A DNA stretch of 64,000 nt from Octopus sinensis (Eukaryota). Made by a program: the position numbers and the translations under genes. How positions within the stretch are numbered: the stretch's first letter is position 1; each line of letters begins with the position of its first letter. The notes under the pieces were generated by a model. That model was not told where the DNA came from and ran no database searches. It worked only from the letters and a program-made list of their open reading frames with translations. The stretch spans positions 67,332,001-67,396,000 of the forward strand of contig NC_043007.1 of the NCBI RefSeq assembly GCF_006345805.1. Direction: 5' to 3'. This document shows, one piece after another, positions 47,491 to 61,859 of this stretch.

Positions 47491-50400
47491 GTAAGTAGAG
47501 TTAATTATGTAATATAACAAGCAAATAAGTCAGTGATATATACACACACATATATATATTTTCTGTGAAGCCATCTACGAGGCTTTTTTTTACTTTTATA
47601 ATTGAGAATTCAATAAGCTACGAGGTAGCAGTTTTTTTTTTCTATTTGAAATAACGTGTTCTCCTCAAACATGGCTAACCCCTGTCGTGTTCACTTAGTT
47701 TTGATCTTCGGAGTGCGTTATTTGTCTGAGTGTGTGTACGTATATATTTGTAAGTATGTGGCAATTATGGACTTGTGTTTGTATCTATATATGTGTGTGG
47801 CAATTCTGTACGAGTGTGTATAATATTTATATATACATACCCTTTTGTATGTTTGTGTGTATATATAATATACCCACAATACAATTATACTTATATATAT
47901 ATATATGTACATTATGTACGTGTCTAAACTTATGAGAAAAAAGTATAGTCTTAATAATTATGATTAAAACGAGAGAGATGGAGATTAGGATTTTTTTCTT
48001 TAAAAAGACCAAAAAACTGAAGAGTGAGAGAATTTCTCCATCTCTCCAGAATTTATTTGGCCCAACCTTTTTCTTCTTCCACCGTTTAATTTCCATTTCT
48101 AATCTTAGATGAGAAAGTACCAGACATTTCATGTTTAATATACTCCAGTAAGCACACTTTTTTTCTGATTTTTTTTTCCCCGAAGAATAAAAAGTATAAT
48201 ATATCGAAATATGTTGAGACCAAATTTCCAAAAATATGGGTCGTAGTGTAATAGTAGAATTATTTATCTTTTACGATGTCTTCATAGAAATTTAGTATAT
48301 TTTATTTCTAATTGTAGACGTTAACAGTTATTATTCTTAGAGCACTCTCAATGCTATTACTCTCTCTCCGTCACAATTATTTCTCCCTTGCCCTGACACA
48401 CTCTCCCTTTCTTTACTTGTAATTATCGCTCTCTCTCTCTCTCACTCTCTCCCCACTCTTTGTCCCATTATATCTCTCCCTCACTCTGATCTATCCTTTC
48501 TCTCTCTGCTTCCTCTCTCACATATCCTATCTCTCTAATTGTCAGTAAACATGTCATTTCCCCTCTTTACTCTCTCTTCCTATCTCTCTCACTCGTTGTT
48601 AGATCAACCTTCATTCCAGTTGCTATTCACACATACTATTGTACACACACGTGTTAAGGTCTTTAATTATGTGCTAACAAATTGTCCCCCCCCTCCCCCA
48701 AGCCACAAATATTCTTGTTAGGACTCTTGACAACCACCTGTGTAATTAAAAGTTTCAATGTTTTAATATCAATATTCATACTTGGCGAAAGCTTTTACCT
48801 ATCGTTTTCAACACTTAACTTAGGAAAGTATGAATGTCAAAACATAAATTCTTTCCTCTATAAAACTGATTTAGTGCCTTTGAAAATCAATGTTAAATTT
48901 AAAGGAAGGAAAGCCAAAACAGTGATGATTAAAATATTTGCCATAGTTCTCAGTATATCCTGTTTTAGAATATTTCTACTTCTATTCTCGTGGACATGTT
49001 GCCAACTTCTCAGGTGCGATTTGGGTTTTGGACAGATTTCAAGAGGTTTGTTTTTTCAGTTAGCTGTTAAATAATAATAAAGTAGTTATTAAAACATGTC
49101 AGTTTAAATTACTTTAATAACAAATGTGTATTTAGTTACTATTATTTTTTTTCCACACCACTTTAAAGCTATGATATTGTGGAAATTAAATTGGATAATT
49201 TATCTTTGTTTGCTTTTAATTATATTTAAGAAAATCTTCTGAAGGAGTTTCCTTCTTTCTCTTTTTTCTATTCTTTCGGAAGTTTTGCAGTATCGAGACT
49301 AAATGTTGTAGGTTGTAAGCTACTGGCTTTTATTGGCACTGGAAATTGGTCTTCATTAGGAACTAATCCGAAAGCTTGGATACTGTGTAGGATTTTGAGA
49401 TTACAGTTGGCCTATTTTTTATGAAGGACATCCTCAAAATACTTTTAGCTTGTTCGGCAAACACTTACCATGAAAGGATCAGCAGTGTTTACTTTTTTGT
49501 AAGCTTAATCCTTCATGCATTCTTGAGTGCTGTTTCAGAAGAAGCATCTATGATTGATTTTGTATTGAGAGCAGCTCAAAGTTTTTTAGTGAACATGATA
49601 TTCTTCTGATGAATTTAAGCAAAGCCTTGAGAAGCATGAATTTCTTAGTTGGTAGTTTGTAAAAATCGCAGAATGGTGTTGTATGTTACTATCTAATTTG
49701 AATATATGTTTAGTATTAAAAAAGAAAAGAAAAAAAAGAACAGGTCTAAAGTTTGTAAACTTTAGATGTGATATTTTTTTTGAATTCTAAAGAAGTGAAA
49801 CAACACTATACTTTCATTTTAATATTCTTGCTAATTGTCTTATATAACAAACAAGCGAGCATCTACGAGGTCACTCGACCAGTCAGAAATAGCAGCCAAA
49901 TTTTTCTCAAAGTACATTTTAGCATTTAAAAAAAAAAATGGGGGATACATTGGACATTTTAGTCCTAGATACTCCTGAAAAAAGGAAGAGGGTTACAGCT
50001 TGAATGACTTCTATCATAGATTTGCTTGGTAAGGGCTAATCAGAGACTAAACATCAGTTGTAGGAGCAATATAAGTATTAGTCAAGAAGTAATAAATATA
50101 ATCAACTGTACCAGTGGTTCCTAACTTGGGGTTCTGCAGACACCTGAGGGTCCATGTAGAACTGATTGTGTAAACATCATTTAATATCTTGTTTGATAAA
50201 CCCAATGCACTAGAGGATTGCAGTGAACTCCAAATGTCTGTTTTAGCATAGCTAGGGCCACATTCCAATGAATTGGCCCATCTCTTCTGCACAAGAAGAT
50301 ACTTTAGCCCCCCCCCCCATCAGTTACTGATACTCAACAAACTTCAGGTGTGGTTCATAGTGGACTCTAATTCTTGCATCTGGGTTGGTGCTGCTGTAAA

Positions 50401-50714
50401 TAAAAATATCCTAGATTGCATGCAGTAAAGAGTGGAGGTGCATGGTTTAGGTTGTTGGACTCATGGTCATAAGATTGTTTCAATTCCTGGACCAGGTGAT
50501 GCGATGTGTTCTTGAGCAAAACACCTCATTTCACATTACTCCAATTTACTGAGCTGGCAAAAATGAGTAATCCTGTGATGAACCGGTGTCCCATCCAGGT
50601 GAGGAATTTTTACACCATGAGACCAGGAAACTGGCCCTTATGAGTCAGTATGACTTGAGAAGGTAACTTTACCTTAACTATGCAGTAAAGTCACCTCATT
50701 GATTGGCATAATGT

Positions 50715-51000
50715 CATAGGTGCTCTCCAGATGCTGATCCACAGGCATGCTATTTCCTCTCTCTACTTTACTGCTACTATAATGGCCTTTACTCCTCGGA
50801 GCTGACTGGGCTCATGCCATTTTCACTTGGGCATTCTTGTCTCACCTCCTCATCACTCTTGTTGTGTCCAACACTCCAGGCTCTGAACTGATCACTACAC
50901 TCAGTTCTTCCTTTCAAGGATGGTGGCCTTCTGGAATTCCCACCCTGCTCTCATCTTCTCCATGGGTGTTTAATTTACAAAAGTTCAAGAGGAATAGGAA
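50715..51000 (+). pseudogene. L2/Daphne-like LINE C-terminal fragment
   Basis: LYF.CYYNGL.SSELTGLMP and RMVAFWNS.P...NLQKFKR remnants. Confidence 0.55.
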
Positions 51001-51634
51001 GCTAAGGCCATGGTCACTGGCCTTAGCTCAGAAAGTAACAAACAAAATAAAAGGAATGACAAGCTAAACAAGAATTGTACCCAAAACTGTCCTTCTAAAG
51101 TCATACTTTGTTAACTTAATGAAAAAAAACACAGTTGACAATGTGGACTTGGTGCATTGTATCTCGGAAAGAAATGGGATGGTTATAGATGAAAGCCTTT
51201 AGTTATAAATCTGCATATTTAGAGCTGACTGGGGCTGAAAAATAACCACTACTATTATTAACTACTTGCCAGAGCCAACAAGGTAGTGTTTGTGTCAGAC
51301 ATTGGCAAACTGTGGCCTGTGGGACTTTATGCCTAAACAAAAAATAACCTTCAGTTCTTTTGCAGTGCAGCCATATCTTGTGTCGTTTGTTTCTTGAAAA
51401 AAGTTGCCAGTTCCTGGTCTATGTGATTGCTAGATGTGCTTGAAATAACAAATTCTCCCTCAAATTACAACCTACCATCTTAAAACAGTGAGGTCTTGGT
51501 TTTACGTGGCCTATATACACTGCCTGGAAAGAAAATGAAATGGTCAAAGTTGGAATGTCTGTAATCTTGAATCTGGTTGATGATGAGCTAAACAACAGCT
51601 TTCTGCTCAAAATAGTTGATTTGGTTTTAGACTC

Positions 51635-52003
51635 AGGAAGACATAGGACAAATTGGTGAGAAAGGATCTTTGGATGCTGGGCCTCACTGAGGAAATGACA
51701 AAGGACCAGAAGATGTGATAATTTGCTATACTTGATAAGACGCGTCAAGCTAAGTAAAATCACTGTCTTCCACACATACAGGCTTGTTCTTTCAGGTACT
51801 GGTGTCACTTAAGAACCACTCATGCCAGTGGTATGTAAAAAGCACCGAACAGGCTCTGTTAAGTGGTTGCCATCATGAAGGGCATGCAGCTGTAGAAACT
51901 GTCACAACTGACAGTTGGAGTCTGGACAGCTCCATGTCAAACTGTCCAACCCATGCCAATATGGAAAATGGATGTTAAACGACGACGACAATGATGATGA
52001 TGA
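51635..52003 (+). mobile_element. Older RTE LINE 3' end (RT C-terminus and tail)
   Basis: DKLVRKDLWMLGLTEEMTKD...ILDKTRQAK*; ends gttaaacgacgacgacaatgatgatg. Confidence 0.85.
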
Positions 52004-54865
52004 AAATTGGGGTAGTTAGTTAGCTGAATCATTAGGGTATTGCAACAAATCCCTTGCAGTATTTGTTCTCATCTTTTGTATTCCGAGTTCAGATCTTGTG
52101 ATCAAGTGTGCCTATTATTGCTCTGAACTCTATGAAATAAAGTACCAGTCAAGTACTGAGATTGTTATAATGGAACTAATTCCTCTCTCAAAGTCTGACC
52201 TTGTGTCTAGTTAAGAGATAAAGATTGAAGATGATAGAAACGTTTTGACAAATTCTGTAGATTCATTTGCCTACCTGTAGTTTTCATCTTCATTGTTGTC
52301 CAGTAAAACTTGTAATTAGCCCATTATTGTACATTTGCTTTTCCATTATGGTGTGGTAACAATATCCTGAAGTTAGGCTCCACCATTTCTTCCTGTGTCT
52401 TCTACAGTCCTCCTCTTCTGCAATTCCTTCTACTTGTTATATTTGATACACTTTTGCTCAACTTTCATCTACGTCATGTTATTACCAACACATTGGTTAA
52501 GCATATTTGTGAAATGTTTGTAAATTGTTATACATCTCGGACTTAGATCTCTTATACTATAACATAAAGTGAAGTGGTTGTTTTTTTTTGAATGGTTATG
52601 TTATGGATTTTGTACTATTAACCTTATCTTTTGAAGATATTGCATTTTTCTATATATGCATTTGCAGATGTGATTAATAGTTGCAAAAATTATACTGGTT
52701 TTAGTTGGCTTAGATTTGAAGTTCTATAATTGTTAGATCATTACTTCTATGCATATACGTAGATATGACTTCTGACTAAATGGAAAAAGAATAGATAAGT
52801 TAGTGTTAATATATTTACTGCAAGGAACATTGAAAAACTTAGAAATAAATATGCAAAATGAAATGTTGACCAACTACAGCTGTCACTTGCAAGTGAATAT
52901 GACTTTAGCCTGCTTTTGCTAATTGTTTTAAGTGACTTTGTAGTTGCAAGATAATATACATCCTATGTTCTACTCATAATCCAGCAGAACATCCAAGATG
53001 TGACGGGGAGGGGGCTCTACCAGTCTTCAGCTGAGTGGATTGGAGCTCATTTCAGCTGAGTGAATTGGAACAATGTGAACTGAAGTATCTTTTTCAAGGA
53101 CACTTCAGAAAGGAAATAGGGGCAGTATTTTTATGGCCATATGTACTTTCTGTTGCCCATCTTATTTTGATTTTAAATAAGATATTTTCTATTCCAAAGG
53201 ACTTTAAAAGCTCAGAGCCAGCACATGATTTGTTGGCATGAAATATCAGTAAATGTCACCATAATAGCTCAGCCAGAAATGTTGGTATCATGTGTGTTTA
53301 TGTATGTCTATGTGAATGTTTACATTCTGTGCTTTGCATGAAAAGCATTGAGCTACTAACAATGATGGTTGTTGACACTTCCTAAAAACAAATTGTCTTC
53401 TAGCTTTGCACCTTCAAAGATGAGTGGAATAAGATATTCCTTACTTCTAAAACTGATATGGGTTAGTGACAAGAAGGGCATCCACCCGAAAAGCAGTGCT
53501 ATGCATTCACCTAAAAAGTGCTTTCATGCAAAACTGAAGTAGGCCAAACTAATGTGTATATATAGTATTGTTCGTTAAAAATTGTATTTATTGTGACAAT
53601 TAACATAACTGGTTTGTTGTGTCAGTGAAGGTCATCTAGATATAAAAACATTTTCGTATACAATACTCACTTATTGCAACTATGCTTGCAAAGATAATGG
53701 GTTGTTGGAAAAAATGGTAACGAGATGTGAATGATATCACCTCTGAGGTCATATTGTGCATGACCCGAAGCCAAACATTGGCAATTTTACTTAAACTGCA
53801 AATGATTGATGATGTTAAAAAAAAAAATTCCTCACTTGTGTTAACCACTGGATGTTTATGTTGATGCTGCTAATGACAATGCACAAATAATTTTGAATTC
53901 TGCAATAGTGACCATATAGCTGAAATTATATAGGTGCAATTTCATTTTGTTGAAGCAATACGGAAGTGTCAGTTTATGTCCGCCACATAAAAAGAATATA
54001 AAAGTTAAAAGAACAGCATATTGAACCTTGTGCATTTCTGAGGAAATATAGTCTTTGTTTCAATTCATTTTAAAAATAATGAATATAATGAAGTGTGCTG
54101 GCATGACTAGGAAAATCTCTTTGCAACCACATGGTTTCAGGTTCAATCTTACTACCGTAAGCACTTTCCACTATAGCCCTGGGTCATCCAATACCTTGTG
54201 TGTGTTTGTGTCCTGCACTTCACTGCTTGATAATGTGTTGCTTTGTTTATATCCCTGTAACTTAGTTCACCTAAAGAGACTGATAAATTAGTACCAGACT
54301 TTAAAAAATAAGTACTGGCATTAATTTTCATTATTTACATTTGATGGACATTTGTCCTCATCTTGTTAACACAACATTTCAGCAAATGTAAATAATGTAC
54401 ATAATTCCTCATCTCTTGAATATAGAACTGTGGCATTAATTTGTTTGACTGAAACCTTCAAGGCAGTGCCACAGCAGGACTGTTACCCCATGTGTAAAGC
54501 AAATAAATGCGAAAAGGTTATAAACCTGGTGTTTAAAACATAAAATATGAAATTTTTGTGGAAAATTTTAATTTAGATCTCTTATAACCAAGAAATTTGT
54601 ATCATAGCACTTACAGGACCATCTCAGATGGGTTGATATCAAAAGGATTCATGCTCTGTGCATCAGTTAACAATTGAAAAAACAATAATTAACTTTTGTT
54701 AACCCTCTTGAGACACCCAGGCCAATTGATTGGCCCAAGTTATACAAGCTGAAAGGAATTCGAGGCTAATTCATTGGCCTGATGAAACAAATGTGAAAGG
54801 TTGGTTCTGAAGTGTAATAGCCAATCAGAGATTGTATTTCAGTACATTTTTTTGTTTTTTCACAA

Positions 54866-55153
54866 ACGCCGAAGCCAGTGCCTCCTCGACTGGCTTCCGT
54901 GCCGGTGGCACGTAAAAATGCACCAATCCAACCGTGGCCGTTGCCAGCCTCATCTGGCACCTGTGCGGGTGGCACGTAAAAAACACCCACTACACTCACG
55001 GAGTGGTTGGCGTTAGGAAGGGCATCCAGCTGTAAAAAACATTGCCAGATAAGACTGGAGCCTGGTGCAGCCTTCTGGCTTCCCAGATCCCTGGTCGAAC
55101 CGTCCAACCCATGCTAGCATGGAGAACGGACGTTAAACGATGATGATGATGAT
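54866..55153 (+). mobile_element. 5'-truncated RTE LINE 3'UTR with (GAT)n tail
   Basis: gccggtggcacg subrepeats, ggcgttaggaagggcatccagctg, gacgttaaacgatgatgatg. Confidence 0.9.
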
Positions 55154-56784
55154 TTATGTTTATTATTTTATTTATTTACATGTATTGTGTTGTTTTAGGT
55201 TCTTTTATTATGATAGATAGATTGTACTGTTTATAAGCTTTCATAATATATATAGTTTTAAATACTAATAAAGTAGTGTTAGGCACTTTATTCTTCATTT
55301 TCTACATGCACCCATCAATTTCAATCTCAAAAGAAAAAAATTTTGGTCTTTTTGGCAACACATACCAAAACACCTTGTTTCTTAAAATGCTTGAATGCAC
55401 TCATTTTTGTACAAGGATAGCTTTTTTGGTTTCTAAGCAATTTTATATTCCTATATTGACTAATCTACAATTTGACATACTGTATTTACTTTAGTGCAGT
55501 GTGTAATTGCAATTATAATGCACCACTTCAACTTCTGTACTTAGAAGTAAATTTTATCTCTAGCAGACTTTTGGAATACTTGCCCCTTGAACTTCTATAT
55601 CACATTAGAAATGAAAAGGGTAGTTGTTTTTCTTAATTTTTGTATTTTTGTGTGTCTTACAATGGAAATTGTTCTGAAATCTTTATTTTTTTTCTAAAAA
55701 TTTCAATTTTCACATACCCCTTCTCCACTTGCATATTTTTTTTTATCTCTGGAGAATGGGATTTCAATATTGAAACCTCATTCAAATAGAGCTATTTCAA
55801 AATTCCACCTCATCTTAACTTTTTTTTTTACATTTCAATGTAATGCTATATAATGTGTATATGCTGTACAATACAGACTGAAATATAATGCAATCTTCAC
55901 TTTTTGCTCCTAAAAATCATCACCATTATTTTGCTGTTGACTTTTTCATGCTTGTAGATGTCAGATGGAATTTGTTGAAGTAGATATTCTATGGCTGGAT
56001 GCCCTTCCTGTTGCTAACCCTAATCTTTTTCCATGTAAGGTAATATTTCTCCCTCAGCAGACATGTTTTCATGGAAGATTGGAAATGGACAAACACTGTT
56101 TGTATTACAGTGATACTTGTTAACATCTATTGCATGATGTCAAGGAATGGAGGTGCTAACACATGCACAATGGGCTTCCTTTAGCTTCCTTCTACCAAAT
56201 CCATACATATGGCTTTGGTCAGCCTGAGGTTATAGAAGACACAAGCCCAAAGTGCCATGCAGTGGAATTGAACCCAAAACCATGGGAAGCAAACTTCTCA
56301 ACCACAGTCACTGGTGTCTAGCCATGCCTGCACCCAAAAGTCAGTAATATATTTTATCTTTGTTTTTCACTCAATCCTGATATTTTGTTTGAAATTTTGA
56401 AATTTCTTGCATTTTACCTATGTATATATATCCAGTATATATATGTGTTTGTGTGTGTATATAGACATACATAGACACACATATACATGTGACTCATTCT
56501 TTCCTTTAGCAAGAAGGGAAAGATGTAACTTTGCTGAAGAGCTTGAAATAAGACTAAAACAGCTGGTTTTGTCTCCTGGACTTGTTGGGAAAATGAAAAT
56601 GATATTAGTCAGGATAGGTGCAGGCATGACATAGATGCAGGTTTAGAAATTTGCTTCCTGATCATAATTTCAGGTTTGGTCCTACTGTGTGGCACCATGG
56701 GCAGTTGTTTTCTAGAATCATCCCAGGCCAACTGAAGCCTTGTGAGTTGATTTAAGCAGAAACAAACTTGTCATTTATATATAT

Positions 56785-57187
56785 ACTTTTACTTGTTTCA
56801 GTCATTTGATGGTGGCCATGCTGGTGCACTACCTTAAAAGGTTTTTTAGTTGAAGAAATTGCCTCCAAGACTTATTCTTTGTAAGCTTAGTTGTTTGTTT
56901 GTCTGTCAGTCTTTTTCTGAACCGCTCAGTTATGGGGATGTAAACACACCAACATCGGTTGTCAAGCAATGGCAGATGGTACAAACACAGACACTCACAT
57001 ATATGCAAATATATATGTATATATATTTATACAATGGGCTTCTTTGTTTCCATCTACCAAATCCACTCACAAAGCTTTAGTTGGCCCAAGGCTATATTAG
57101 AAGACATTTGCCCAAGGTGTCACGCAGTGAGGTTGAACCTGGAACCATGTGGCTAGAAAACAAACTTACCACACAGCCACAGCTGTG
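56785..57187 (-). mobile_element. Full-length SINE family 1
   Basis: Reverse complement of 36265-36668. Confidence 0.9.
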
Positions 57188-57897
57188 TCTAACATAAATT
57201 CACTAAAATGCTGGTGCATTTATGTTTGTGTCTTGTTATTGTTTTATAGTTGTAAATGAGTTGCCCTATCATACAGGCTGTATCATTCATTTCCAATATT
57301 CTGACCATGGGGGAATATTACCTTGCTTGGAAACATGAGGGTTGGCAACAGGAAGGGCATTCCGCTATAGAAAATTTGCCTGAACACATACAAGCATGGA
57401 GCAGTGGACATTTAATGATGGTGACTTTTTTTTTGTTTTCTTTTCCTCACAGCATTATTTTTTTCTAGTTAAGGACTTGTGGCTGTGTTAGAAATTACTG
57501 TTTTATTCTGTTAGCTTTTTAATGAACCCATGTTAAAATATGTTACCTCTGACTTTGGTAGGAGCATCTAGCTTTAGTGACATCAATGAGGACAAAGCAG
57601 AAAACAAATAAAGAAATTAAGTTTAAACTGATTGCAAAATTTTGTAGTTGTCTTTTAATTATCTTTTACTGTTAGTAAGATAACCTAACTGCAAAAATAC
57701 TTGTTTAACAAGCATTCACCCATGTAAGTGCACTGGAAATGTGAAGTGGTACAATATATATAACAGTAGCTGAGTAGAAAGGCTGTAAGGATATTGATGA
57801 GTAAGTGATTAATTTGACGCTGTATTGCCTCATATATCTTAATCCTTTAGTCATCTATATTATTGTACATCTGTTTTAACCGCTCTGTGTGATTGTT

Positions 57898-58116
57898 TGC
57901 AGAAACGTTAGCACGCCGGGCGAAATGCTTAGCGGTATTGCGTCTGTCGTTGCATTCTGAGTTCAAATTCCGCCGAGGTCGACTTTGCCTTTCATCCTTT
58001 CGGGGTCGATAAATTAAGTACCAGTTACGCACTGGGGTCGATGTAATCGACTTAATCCGTTTATCTGTCCTTGTTTGTCCCCTCTATGTTTAGCCCCTTG
58101 TGGGCAATAAAGAAAC
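57898..58116 (+). mobile_element. SINE family 2, slightly 5'-truncated
   Basis: gtcgactttgcctttcatcctttcggggtcgataaattaagtaccag; matches 35683-35919. Confidence 0.9.
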
Positions 58117-60947
58117 AGATACTGGGGCATTACATCATTGATGAATCTGTATAAATAGGATTCTTGTAAATATATCATACTTAGCAAATGTAGAAATACT
58201 TGAGTTTTACCCTTCATAGAACTGCTTACTTTGGAAGTATACTTTTACCACCAGTGATAATATCAGAAAATATGGCATACATGCAATAATTTTAACTTAA
58301 CTTTTATTAATTTCTTAGTGCTTATGCAAAATGATAAAATGCATATTAATTTACACAAGAAAAATATGTTACATTAAAATAAATTGAATAAAGCCAAAAA
58401 AAAATGTACATTATCATTCGTGATATTCTGGCAGATTCAAATATGAATATATTAATTGTTCTTGTATTTTGTCTAAGGAGAACAACTTATTTCCCATGTG
58501 TATAGCCTCCCGTAACTACTGTCATTTACTTCCTCTCCTCCATCTCTATGATTCTTTCTCTCTCCTTGTGTTTGTAGCATTCTTTTACTCATTGCATGCC
58601 ACCAAGCCTGGAATGTGCACCCGTCCTGCACTTCAACACTCTGTATCTCTTTTACCCTCTCTCTCTCTCTCTCCTCCATTTCTCTATATGATAAAACATG
58701 AGTGGAGAAATCAATCAAATCAACCAACAAACATATCAGCTATTATTATATAGAGTTAGTAAAATAACTACCATTTTGAATATTGTTTGGATCCAAAATT
58801 AATTTGATTCTGTATTGACTTTACAATTTCTATTTTACCATTTTAATAATCTTAGCAGCTAAGTTAGATGTTACTTCTCTATCATCTCATATTTTTTTCA
58901 TTTGATTTGCTGTTTACTCTTTTTTTTTTTTCATTCTTGGCTTTCTTATGTAGATAAATATTCCACTAACCTTGAAAGTGTGACATGCTAGTTGATTGTC
59001 TTCTATATAATAAACTAGTGGCAGTAGTTGAGATCTTTATATATAGCTTTCAACTTCCAGCTGGCTACTTGTTATTTTTTTTTAATATTAATTGAACAAG
59101 AGCTTGAAGCAGGCCTGATGGATCTTTTCTATTTGGTTGCCACTTTTGAATTTCTTCAATTTTTGTTCCAGCTAATATCATATTTGATGTATTGATATAG
59201 TTTTGTATGGTAATCATTGATAGGAAATTAATTTTTGCCATAAATCAATAAATAAAGAGTTAATATCTTTTAAAGTTTACAAATTTTTGTTAATTTTAGC
59301 CACTTGAAAGCCACAGACATATAGGTGCCTGTTTCCATAGTAACAAATCAAGCTTTTACCAGCTGCTTACCCACAGTCATTTTTAAATGCTTAAGACATA
59401 CGAAATATGAAGTGGTCATGAGACATGCTAAAAATAATAGCTAAATAGGTCTTAAATCACACACCAAATTTTTTTGTTTGTTTTTGCATAATAGTATGAA
59501 TTCCTTTGTATAGAATACAAATTTGCAAACATTTTCTGAAAATTCTAAAAAGCTTAAAAAGTCACAATGGATTATATGGTGTGTGTAGAGCAAAATTCCA
59601 TCAATATTTCATTTGTTCACAGTTAACAACCCATGCAGTCACACACAAAATGATGTTTTCCAAATCCTGTTTTCTGGCTTGGTAAAAATGATCAAACTTT
59701 AAACCTCTGTAACTTTTATAAAAAAATTTCGGGAAAAAGTGAATGAGCCTCTGAGATGCAGTGTGGATGGAAAATTACATCAATACACCAAATTATAAAT
59801 TTCCTGTAAACTTTAAAATTTCCGTGCAGCCAAATTGAAAAGATCTGGCCTGATCAATGCTTTCTAGCCCATCCACTGAGAGATTGATATTTTTTTTCTT
59901 TTATGGTTTATTGAAGGAAATGTAATAGTGTCTTATGACTTTGCAGGCTCTTTGAATCTCATATCTTAGCTCTGGACAGTGTCTCCAGTGAAAAATCTTA
60001 ATTCTTAGTTGTCAAACCATCTAGCTTGGGAGAGTAATGTTCAATGCTTTGTCTTTTGGGCTCTTATATAATCAACATTCCTGCCAAAGACAAAATCTTT
60101 GGTAATCACTTTTTTTTATTCAGATGGATAAGTCTCCCAAACTGTCTAAGGCTTAAGAAATATAAAACTAGTTCCAGTACACTAAGTGGATTACCTATTA
60201 GTAATTGTCAGCCAAACTGAAATCATCTTTGTAAGCTGTTGCTGTTCACCCTTCCAAATCAGTTCTGATCGAGCCAAGATGCTCCAGTTGTTTTATCCAA
60301 TGTTTTCCACTTTTTTTAAGGCTGTAGGATGTAATATGAAGGATCTTTAGCTGCTATTTCTGGCAACTCAAGCAACCACATAGGCATTCCCTCATTTCCT
60401 TGTTGATCTGTGTCACATAAGAAAGTTGCTTGGCCTGTTGATTTACAGTCTGTAAATCTATCAAGCTGCAAGGTTTGAACTACTGACCTTGCAGTCAGTA
60501 ACCAACCACCAGTGTGACTAATTTTAAACATTTATTTATTCTCTAATAAGTTGTACTGAGCTTGAACAAACAATGTACTGGATATAAGTTGTCATGACAA
60601 CTGACTGAGTATAATGAGCTTTAGATGGGAAGGGAGTAAGATTTGAAGTCAAGTTGTTTTTATTGAATTGTTTTTAACTTAATGTTGTTTGTTTAAATAT
60701 AGATGTGACTGTTAGAGCTGAAGTGAAATTCCAGCTGAATACACTAAGTGCCATGAATAGATTGGCTAATATGATTTTGATAAGAAATTCTAATTGAAAA
60801 GTTGTTGTGTACTTTGGTTTAGTATGTTCTTGTAATTGTTTATTAAATTTGATGTGATAAGTAGCTATGATATTCCTACATCGGCAGCTATATATGTTGA
60901 ATATGTGTTATAGCTATAGAGGTAATAAATATAAATCAAGTCATATA

Positions 60948-61840
60948 CAAGGTGCGATGGGTAAATTGTCACCATTTTATATTTTTAATTTTATGCATGC
61001 GAATTGTTTGTTTTTGATTTTGTCAACTACACAGTATAGTAGGGTCAGTTGGGCACCGTCTGTGAGAAAAACAGCACCATGATGCAATTCACCCTGCCAG
61101 GTTTTGGGAAACAACATGCTGTACTGCTTGGCATTTGTGCCGGAAGCTTCAATGTGAACATATCAGTGATAAAGGTGTCAATCTGAGGTCACGTACCAAG
61201 AGTGATAAAAAATCAAACATCCACTCAACATCATGGTGTTTGGAGTGATCACTAGTGATGATGACATTATGCTTCCATTCATCTTCTCACACAGCCTCAG
61301 ACTCAACACAGAGGCCTACTTCAAATGCCTGGAGGATGTAGTGCTGCTCTGGGTCAAGAGGGTAGCTGCTGGAAGATGCTATTTTTGCCAACAAGACTCT
61401 GCACCATTCCACACAGGCAGGAGAACCCAGTCATGGCTGTCAGATGTTAGGGTTGATGTGGCTGCAGAAATTGCAGCCACATCAACCCTAACATCTGGTC
61501 GCCTAACTCCCCAGACTGCAACCCACTTGATTAGTATGTGTGGGGTACAGTTGAATGAGAGACCAAAAAAACTCCTTGTAAGATCAAAGATCAACTGAAG
61601 GCAAGGGTTATGGCAGCATTCACCAACTTAAACAAGGAGACTGTCCAGGAGAGTTGCAAGAGATTCCGAAGTCATCTGGAGGCTATGGTTGAAGCCAATG
61701 GCGATTTTATTGGATGAATTTACTGTCTAGGTTTTAAAGATATTTTTATGTAATTTTGGTAAATATATCTGTTAGAATGTGATGTCAGCGTTATTTTCAT
61801 TTTTGCATAATTTTGACGACAGTTTATTCACCATAGCCTG
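60948..61840 (+). mobile_element. Internally deleted maT/DD37D-like Tc1-mariner element
   Basis: TA|caaggtgcgatgggtaaattgtc ... gacagtttattcaccatagcctg|TA; MVFGVITSD..., QQDSAPFHT, PNSPDCNPLD, RFRSHLEAMVEANGDFI. Confidence 0.85.
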
Positions 61841-61859
61841 TATATACATCATATATGCA

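Noticed and set aside
48971-49610. Exon 2 candidates for MAAPNQV (48971-49047 and 49391-49498)
   Set aside because: Weak acceptors or donors, and peptides with no recognisable protein character; not supportable without RNA data.
56510-56617. Plus-strand exon candidate ARRERCNFAEELEIRLKQLVLSPG
   Set aside because: Good acceptor but weak donor, wrong phase for the candidate first exon, and sandwiched between SINE fragments.
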